Shown piece after piece: positions 58,338 through 64,000 of a DNA stretch of 64,000 nucleotides (positions are counted from its first letter, which is position 1; each line of letters starts with the position of its first letter). The stretch is from Comamonadaceae bacterium (lineage in GTDB: Bacteria > Pseudomonadota > Gammaproteobacteria > Burkholderiales > Burkholderiaceae_C), in assembly GCA_027488215.1 (NCBI GenBank), contig JAIYCB010000050.1, positions 5,543-69,542 on the forward strand, in the 5' to 3' direction. The notes below the pieces were generated by a model. The model worked only from the letters and a program-made list of their open reading frames with translations, was not told the DNA's origin and ran no database searches. The position numbers and the translations under genes were made by a program.

Positions 58338-59042
58338 TCAGTGACCGGAGGCCGAGTTGCTGGCAGAGGCCGTTCCTAGGCTGCGCTGCAGGATGTTGGA
58401 GAATTCTTCGATGAATGTTTCCAGCTTGATGGCAATGCGGTCTACATCGTGCGAGAAACGGTTGTAGGCCAGCACGGCGGGAATGGCCGCAAACAGGCCG
58501 ATGGCCGTGGCCACAAGGGCTTCGGCGATGCCCGGTGCTACGGTGGCCAGAGTCACCTGCTGCAAGTTGGCCAAGCCGGTGAAGGCATGCATGATGCCCC
58601 ACACGGTGCCAAACAAGCCCACATAAGGCGAAATGGATCCGACCGAAGCCAGGAAAGCCAGTTGAGATTCGGCCACATCCATTTCGCGCTGGAAGCTGGC
58701 GCGCATGGCGCGGCGTGCGCCGTCGAGCAAGGTTCCTGCATCGCTGATACGGCGTTCGCGCAGTTTTTGGTATTCGCGCATGCCGCTGGCAAAAATGCGC
58801 TCCATGGGACCGGACATCTTGGCGTTTTGACTGGCCGAGTTGAACAGCTCATTGAGGCTGGTGCCTGACCAAAACACACGCTCAAACTCTTCGTTCAGGG
58901 TTTTGATGCGCTTGATGGCCGAGAGTTTGCGCACGATGGCTGCCCAACTGGACACCGAAATAGCCAACAGCAACAAAACCACAAGCTGCACGACCAAACT
59001 GGCGTTCAGCATCAAGGAGACGATGGACATGTCGTGGGTCAT
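58338..59042 (-). CDS. tolQ: TolQ
   Basis: SISPYVGLFGTVWGIM, VAPGIAEALVATAIGL. Confidence 0.95.
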   Translation of the reverse strand: MTHDMSIVSLMLNASLVVQLVVLLLLAISVSSWAAIVRKLSAIKRIKTLNEEFERVFWSGTSLNELFNSASQNAKMSGPMERIFASGMREYQKLRERRISDAGTLLDGARRAMRASFQREMDVAESQLAFLASVGSISPYVGLFGTVWGIMHAFTGLANLQQVTLATVAPGIAEALVATAIGLFAAIPAVLAYNRFSHDVDRIAIKLETFIEEFSNILQRSLGTASASNSASGH

Positions 59043-59461
59043 AGCAAAGCTTCCAATACGGGGGCCGGAATACGACCCGGTTTCAAGGTGATGCTGTCCA
59101 CCCAGCCAAGGCGGATGGTACCTTCGGCCAACAGCCGATCGGCTTGGCCTTCGGCGCGCAAAAAGGCACGTTGGGCAATCGTCAGGCTGGCTTTGCCGCC
59201 GGTTTGCAACTCTGCCGTGACGAGCAGAGTGTCATCGAGACGGGCGGGCGAGTGGTATTTGACAGTGGTTTCGCTGACGACAAACATGCCACCCAATTCG
59301 TCGCGCAGTAACTGCTGGCCAAAGCCTAAAGCGCGCAGCCACTCGGTGCGCGCGCGCTCAAAGAATTTGAGGTAGTTGGCATAAAACACGATGCCGCCCG
59401 CATCGGTGTCTTCCCAATAGATGCGGATGACGTGTGCAAATGGGATCGAATGGGACATCAT
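59039..59461 (-). CDS. ybgC: Tol-pal associated acyl-CoA thioesterase
   Basis: IYWEDTDAGGIVFYANYLKFFERARTE. Confidence 0.93.
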   Translation of the reverse strand: MMSHSIPFAHVIRIYWEDTDAGGIVFYANYLKFFERARTEWLRALGFGQQLLRDELGGMFVVSETTVKYHSPARLDDTLLVTAELQTGGKASLTIAQRAFLRAEGQADRLLAEGTIRLGWVDSITLKPGRIPAPVLEALL

Positions 59462-60645
59462 GGCTTCAGCCAGGCGCTCAGGCGGGCGATGGCAGTTTGC
59501 AATTCTGCCATCGAGTTGGCAGTGGAGAAGCGCACAAAGCGGGCGGTCTGGTCGGTGCCAAAGTCGCGCCCCGGCGTGATGGCCACATGGGCGTTTTCCA
59601 GCGCTGCAAAGGCGAATTCCCAGCTGTCTTTGAGGCCCAGTTTTTGGCAGGCGGCAGTGCAGTCTGCCCATGCGTAAAAGGCGCCGTCGGGCGGTACGGG
59701 AACGGTCAAGCCCAGATTGTTGAGTGCCGGAATGAAGTAATCACGTCGGGCCTTGAATTCGGCGCGGCGACGCTCGTATTCGGCGAGGCTGTCGGGCTCA
59801 AAACAGGCCAGGGCCGCTTGTTGCGACACGGAGCTGGCACAAATGAACAGGTTTTGCGCCAGGCGCTCCAGCACCGGCACCAAGGCCTCGGGCACCACCA
59901 GCCAGCCCAAGCGCCAGCCGGTCATGTTGAAGTATTTGCTGAAGCTGTTGATGCTGATGACGTCGTCGCCCAAGGCCAGCGCGCTTTGGCCAAAAGCGTC
60001 ATCGTGGCTCAAGCCCAGGTAAATCTCGTCGATCAGGGTGATGCCGCCGTGGCTGCGCACGACTTCAATGATTCGGGCCAGCTCCGCAGGGGCAATCGAC
60101 GTTCCGGTGGGGTTGGAGGGTGAAGCCAGCAAGACGCCACGGGTTCGTGGCCCCCAGGAGGCGGCCACTTTCAGTGCACTCAATTGAAAGCGTTCTTCGG
60201 CGGTGGTCGACACCAAAACGGCAGTGCCCTCAGCCGCGCTCACAAAGTGGCGGTTGCAGGGGTAGCTTGGGTCAGGCATGAGGATTTCGTCGCCCCGGTC
60301 AATCAACGCCAGGCAAGCCAATTGCAAAGCCGCCGATGCACCCGCTGTGACCACGATGCGGCTGGCGGGCACTTGAACGCCAAACCGAGAGGCGTACCAC
60401 TGGCTGATGGCTTGGCGCAGGGCATCCAGGCCAAGCGCAGGGGTGTATTGGGTTTGACCATTTGCAACAGCAGCTTGGGCTGCCTGCTGCACGCGGGGTG
60501 GGGCGGTGAAGTCGGGCTCCCCGATGTTCAGAAACACCACGGGCTGGTCGGTGTGCGCGACCTCGCGGGCTTTTTGTAAGGCGGCCTTTGCCACCTCCAT
60601 GACATAAAACGGCTCAATGCGTTCGGCACGTTTGGAGATGCGCAT
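59458..60645 (-). CDS. PLP-dependent aminotransferase class I/II
   Basis: LNIGEPDF, SPSNPTG, IDEIY, NSFSKYFNMTGWRLG. Confidence 0.92.
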   Translation of the reverse strand: MRISKRAERIEPFYVMEVAKAALQKAREVAHTDQPVVFLNIGEPDFTAPPRVQQAAQAAVANGQTQYTPALGLDALRQAISQWYASRFGVQVPASRIVVTAGASAALQLACLALIDRGDEILMPDPSYPCNRHFVSAAEGTAVLVSTTAEERFQLSALKVAASWGPRTRGVLLASPSNPTGTSIAPAELARIIEVVRSHGGITLIDEIYLGLSHDDAFGQSALALGDDVISINSFSKYFNMTGWRLGWLVVPEALVPVLERLAQNLFICASSVSQQAALACFEPDSLAEYERRRAEFKARRDYFIPALNNLGLTVPVPPDGAFYAWADCTAACQKLGLKDSWEFAFAALENAHVAITPGRDFGTDQTARFVRFSTANSMAELQTAIARLSAWLKP

Positions 60646-60656
60646 GGCCGTCTGGC

Positions 60657-61184
60657 TTATTTGGCGCGACCGGATTGGCGGTCGGCATGCACTTCGGCGC
60701 TGCGCAATTCGGGGGCCAGGCCGTTCAACACGGCGTTCACATATTTGTGACCGTCGGTGCCGCCAAAGTCTTTGGCCAGTTCGATGCATTCGTTGAGCAC
60801 AACGCGCCACGGCACGTCCAGGCAATGCTGCATTTCATAAACGCCAATCCACATGATGGCGTGCTCAATGGGCGAAATTTCGGCAAAGCTGCGGTCCAGC
60901 TTTGGCCCAATCAGGGCGTCTAAGGTTGGCGCCTGTTCGATGCAGCCGTAAAGCAGGCCGTCATAATGGGCCGAGTCGGCCTTGTGAAAGCCCGACAGGT
61001 CACGGGTGAAGACATCGATGTCCGAGGTTTCGTTGCGGCCCACGATGTGCTGGTAAAGCGCCTGCAGCGCAAACTCACGGGATCGGCTGCGGGCAGGTTT
61101 GGCAGACGACTTGCGGGTGCCTGATGCTGCAGGGGGTTTAGTTGTCACTTCTGAGTCTGGCGTGTTGTTCAGATCGTTCATCAC
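60657..61184 (-). CDS. nusB: Transcription antitermination factor NusB
   Basis: [35 protein letters not shown]. Confidence 0.95.
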   Translation of the reverse strand: MMNDLNNTPDSEVTTKPPAASGTRKSSAKPARSRSREFALQALYQHIVGRNETSDIDVFTRDLSGFHKADSAHYDGLLYGCIEQAPTLDALIGPKLDRSFAEISPIEHAIMWIGVYEMQHCLDVPWRVVLNECIELAKDFGGTDGHKYVNAVLNGLAPELRSAEVHADRQSGRAK

Positions 61185-61678
61185 GCGTTCTCTTTGTCGT
61201 CAAACTCTTCGGCCAGATCGGCTGACAAGTCGTCCATGATGCAGGCCATCTCGACCGCCACGCGTGCCGCATCCCGGCCTTTTTCGGTCTGGCGCACGAT
61301 GGCTTGCTCCAGGTTTTCGGTGGTCAAAATCGCGTTGGCGATGGGCAGGTTGTAGTCCAGCGACACGCGGCTGACGCCCGCACCCGACTCGTTGGCCACC
61401 AACTCGAAGTGGTAAGTCTCGCCACGGATGATGCAGCCCAAGGCGATCAGCGCGTCGTATTCGGCCCGCTCGGCCATGGCTTGCAAGGCCACAGGCACTT
61501 CGAGAGCTCCGGGTACCATGACGTGGTCGATGCTGGTCACACCCAGCGCTTCGAGTTCTGCGATGCAGGCTTTGGCCAGGGCGTTGGTGATTTCTTCGTT
61601 GAAACGCGCTTGCACAATGCCAATATGAAGGAATTGCCCATCGAGTTCTTGTTCAATGCCTTTGTTTGCTTCGAGCAT
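61181..61678 (-). CDS. ribH: 6,7-dimethyl-8-ribityllumazine synthase
   Basis: [31 protein letters not shown]. Confidence 0.96.
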   Translation of the reverse strand: MLEANKGIEQELDGQFLHIGIVQARFNEEITNALAKACIAELEALGVTSIDHVMVPGALEVPVALQAMAERAEYDALIALGCIIRGETYHFELVANESGAGVSRVSLDYNLPIANAILTTENLEQAIVRQTEKGRDAARVAVEMACIMDDLSADLAEEFDDKENA

Positions 61679-61680
61679 AT

Positions 61681-62808
61681 TCATTCCTTGGGGATGTAGC
61701 CGGTGATTTCGAGGCCGTAACCGGTCATGCTCGGCATCCGGCGGGGGCGGCCCATGAGTTTCATTTTGTCGACGCCGCATTCGCGCAAAATTTGCGCGCC
61801 TACACCGTAGGTGCGCAGGTCCATCTTGCCGCGCTCGGGGGCTTGGGCTGAGCGGGCGCGTCCTTCAAACTGGGCCAGCAGCTGGTCGGCCGATTCGCCG
61901 CAGTTGAGCAGTACGGCCACCCCGCAGCCTTGTGCGTTGATGAAGCTCAGGCTCGCGTCCAGACTCCAGGAGTGCATGGCGCGGTTGACTTCGAGCGCGT
62001 CGAGCACCGACAGGGGCTCGTGCACGCGCACAGGCACTTCTTGGTCGGCAGACCATTGGCCTTTGACCAGCGCCAGGTGCACGGTCTGGCTGGGTTGGTC
62101 GCGGAATGCATGCGCCGTGAATTCGCCGTGTGCGGTTTGCAGCGTGCGGCTGCCGATGCGCTCGACCAGCGACTCATTGCGGCTGCGGTATTCGATCAGG
62201 TCGGCAATGGTGCCAATCTTCAGGCCATGCTCGGCTGCAAAGATTTGCAGATCGGGCAGGCGGGCCATGGTGCCATCGTCTTTCATGATCTCGCAGATCA
62301 CGGACGAAGCGCTGCAACCGGCCATGGCGGCCAAATCGCAACCGGCTTCGGTGTGGCCGGCACGCATCAGCACGCCGCCGTCCACCGCTTGCAGCGGGAA
62401 GATGTGACCAGGCTGCACCAGGTCGGTGGGCTGGGTGTTCTTGGCCACGGCCACTTGCACAGTCTTGGCGCGGTCGGCGGCCGAGATGCCGGTGGTCACA
62501 CCTTCGGCAGCTTCGATGGACACGGTGAACGCGGTGCTGTACACGGTGCCGTTGCGGGCCGCCATGGGCGGGAGCTTCAGAAATTCGCAGCGCTCGCGGG
62601 TGAGCGTCAGGCAAATCAGGCCACGGCCGAAACGGGCCATGAAGTTGATGGCTTCGGGCGTGACGTGGTCAGACGCCAGCACCAGATCGCCTTCGTTTTC
62701 GCGGTCTTCTTCATCGACCAGGATCACGATGCGACCGGCTTTCATCTCGGCCACGATCTCTTCGACGGGCGAGATCGCCACGGGGATCAGTTTCTCGGGG
62801 GCGTTCAT
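61681..62808 (-). CDS. ribB: DHBP synthase fused to a degenerate GTP cyclohydrolase II-like domain
   Basis: [33 protein letters not shown]; C-domain has RVHE instead of R(L/I)HSEC and lacks the Zn-cysteine set. Confidence 0.92.
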   Translation of the reverse strand: MNAPEKLIPVAISPVEEIVAEMKAGRIVILVDEEDRENEGDLVLASDHVTPEAINFMARFGRGLICLTLTRERCEFLKLPPMAARNGTVYSTAFTVSIEAAEGVTTGISAADRAKTVQVAVAKNTQPTDLVQPGHIFPLQAVDGGVLMRAGHTEAGCDLAAMAGCSASSVICEIMKDDGTMARLPDLQIFAAEHGLKIGTIADLIEYRSRNESLVERIGSRTLQTAHGEFTAHAFRDQPSQTVHLALVKGQWSADQEVPVRVHEPLSVLDALEVNRAMHSWSLDASLSFINAQGCGVAVLLNCGESADQLLAQFEGRARSAQAPERGKMDLRTYGVGAQILRECGVDKMKLMGRPRRMPSMTGYGLEITGYIPKE

Positions 62809-63443
62809 GCGGGATCTTTCTGGGTCAGGCCCGCGCTGAGCATGCGCTCAACGTAACGGGCGACGGTGTCGATTTCGAGGTTGACTCGGCTGCCCGCTTG
62901 GAGGCTGCCGAGGGCGGTGTTGTCGACGGTGTGGGGTATCAGGTTGATGCTGATTTCGCAGCCGTCGGCCAGATCGGCCACGCGGTTGACCGTCAAGCTC
63001 ACACCATTGACGGTGATCGAGCCTTTGTAAGCGAGGTACTTGGCCAGGGTGTGTGGTGCCAGGACGCGCAATTCCCAGCTTTCGCCAATTTGCTCGAAAT
63101 GGCTGATATGGCCCACGCCATCGACATGGCCCGACACGATGTGCCCGCCCAGGCGGTCATGGGCACGCAGCGCTTTTTCAAGGTTGACGGTGCCTTCTTG
63201 GTCGAGGCCACTGGTTTTGTCCAGCGATTCGGCCGAGATGTCGATGGTGAATTGACGGCTTTCCGGGCTGAAGGTGGTGACGGTCATGCAAGCGCCATTG
63301 AGGGCGATGCTGTCGCCCAAGCCCACATCGTCAAGGTACCCGGCGGGGGCCTCGATGGTGAGGCGCTTGCCGTGGTGTAAAGAGCGACCCAGGTCGTGGA
63401 TTGCGACGATTCGCCCCACGCCGGTGATGATTCCGGTAAACAT
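62805..63443 (-). CDS. ribE: Riboflavin synthase alpha chain
   Basis: MFTGII start, [31 protein letters not shown]. Confidence 0.96.
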   Translation of the reverse strand: MFTGIITGVGRIVAIHDLGRSLHHGKRLTIEAPAGYLDDVGLGDSIALNGACMTVTTFSPESRQFTIDISAESLDKTSGLDQEGTVNLEKALRAHDRLGGHIVSGHVDGVGHISHFEQIGESWELRVLAPHTLAKYLAYKGSITVNGVSLTVNRVADLADGCEISINLIPHTVDNTALGSLQAGSRVNLEIDTVARYVERMLSAGLTQKDPA

Positions 63444-63577
63444 AGTGGTGTATTTTCGCAGGTAAAGAGGGTGTATCGGGGGCACTTGCAACAAAAAAGC
63501 ACACATCCTGGTGGCCCAGTCGTCTTTGTGGGCTCAGGGTAAACCAAGGCACCGAGCCTTGGGCTGTGTGCCTAGAA

Positions 63578-63592
63578 TGTTGCATTGCAGCA
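63578..63592. promoter_or_regulatory. Putative PhaR autoregulatory site
   Basis: TGTTGCA-t-TGCAGCA TGC-rich inverted repeat 36 bp upstream of phaR. Confidence 0.55.
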
Positions 63593-63628
63593 GATTATTC
63601 AAATGCAGTGTCCCATGAGGAGTTTTCA

Positions 63629-64000
63629 TTGCCGGTCAAGCCCCTAGTCAAGTCGACCAAGCCAGGCCCTAACGCCAGCGCTGCCGAGCCAACGTCTGTG
63701 CGCACCATTAAAAAGTACCCCAATCGGCGCTTGTATGACACGCAAACCTCCACCTACGTGACGTTGGCCGAGATCAAGAAATTGGTCATGGAGGTCTCCT
63801 CCGTGCGGGTGATGGATGCAAAAACCGGCGAAGACCTGACGCGCTCTATCTTGCTGCAGATTATTTTGGAAGAGGAGTCTGCGGGCGTGCCTATGTTCAG
63901 CGAAGCGGTGTTGTCCAACATCATCCGTTTTTATGGCCATGCCATGCAGGGACACATGGGCTCTTATTTGGAGAGCCACGTCCAATCCTTCATGGATTGG
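63629..64000 (+). CDS. phaR: Polyhydroxyalkanoate synthesis repressor, 3' truncated by window edge; not in ORF track
   Basis: Hand translation RTIKKYPNRRLYDTQTSTYVTL...DAKTGEDLTRSILLQII; TTG start 6 nt after GAGGAG. Confidence 0.93.
   Translation, partial: MPVKPLVKSTKPGPNASAAEPTSVRTIKKYPNRRLYDTQTSTYVTLAEIKKLVMEVSSVRVMDAKTGEDLTRSILLQIILEEESAGVPMFSEAVLSNIIRFYGHAMQGHMGSYLESHVQSFMDW

Noticed and set aside
63444-63628. Possible FMN riboswitch upstream of the rib operon
   Set aside because: No RFN core sequences on the minus strand; only a CCAAGGC-accga-GCCTTGG hairpin (63544-63562) and the TGC-rich PhaR-type site.
1-64000. CRISPR arrays, tRNA/rRNA, transposases, integrases, prophage genes
   Set aside because: No regularly spaced repeats, cloverleaf-like segments or mobile-element protein motifs were found by eye; a tRNAscan/ISEScan/CRISPR scan would confirm.

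Overview
64 kb of chromosomal DNA from a betaproteobacterium. Gene content and order suggest Comamonadaceae, possibly Limnohabitans-like (inference). The backbone is housekeeping: rlmD, ilvD, lgt, matB, a complete cbb3 oxidase/FNR/hemN microaerobic block, zapA-6S RNA, a cobalamin riboswitch with btuB and ABC uptake genes, gluQ, dnaE, ybgC-tolQRA, nusB, riboflavin genes and a partial phaR. Three accessory elements stand out. (1) A GC-rich 11.3 kb cluster (6119-17406): amidase, EutR-like AraC regulator, glutamine amidotransferase, cytochrome P450, glutamine-synthetase-like ligase, ferredoxin, aldehyde dehydrogenase, class III aminotransferase, Tm-1-like protein and HAD hydrolase. It reads as a gamma-glutamylation/P450 pathway for an unknown amine or amide, and a matching 38-bp operator-like motif lies in front of both the amidase and the main operon. 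(2) A lower-GC 7.2 kb block (32619-39842) next to 6S RNA that encodes an AAE3/PCS60-like oxalate-CoA ligase, a PanE-like putative oxalyl-CoA reductase, an FAH-family enzyme and a TctABC transporter; this is a candidate oxalate assimilation module without oxc/frc in the window. (3) A 640-bp decayed relic (46544-47184) resembling zorB and zorG of a Zorya type III anti-phage system; the zorB part is missed by the ORF track. No tRNA, rRNA, CRISPR array, transposase or integrase was seen. All family assignments come from motif recognition by eye, not database searches.
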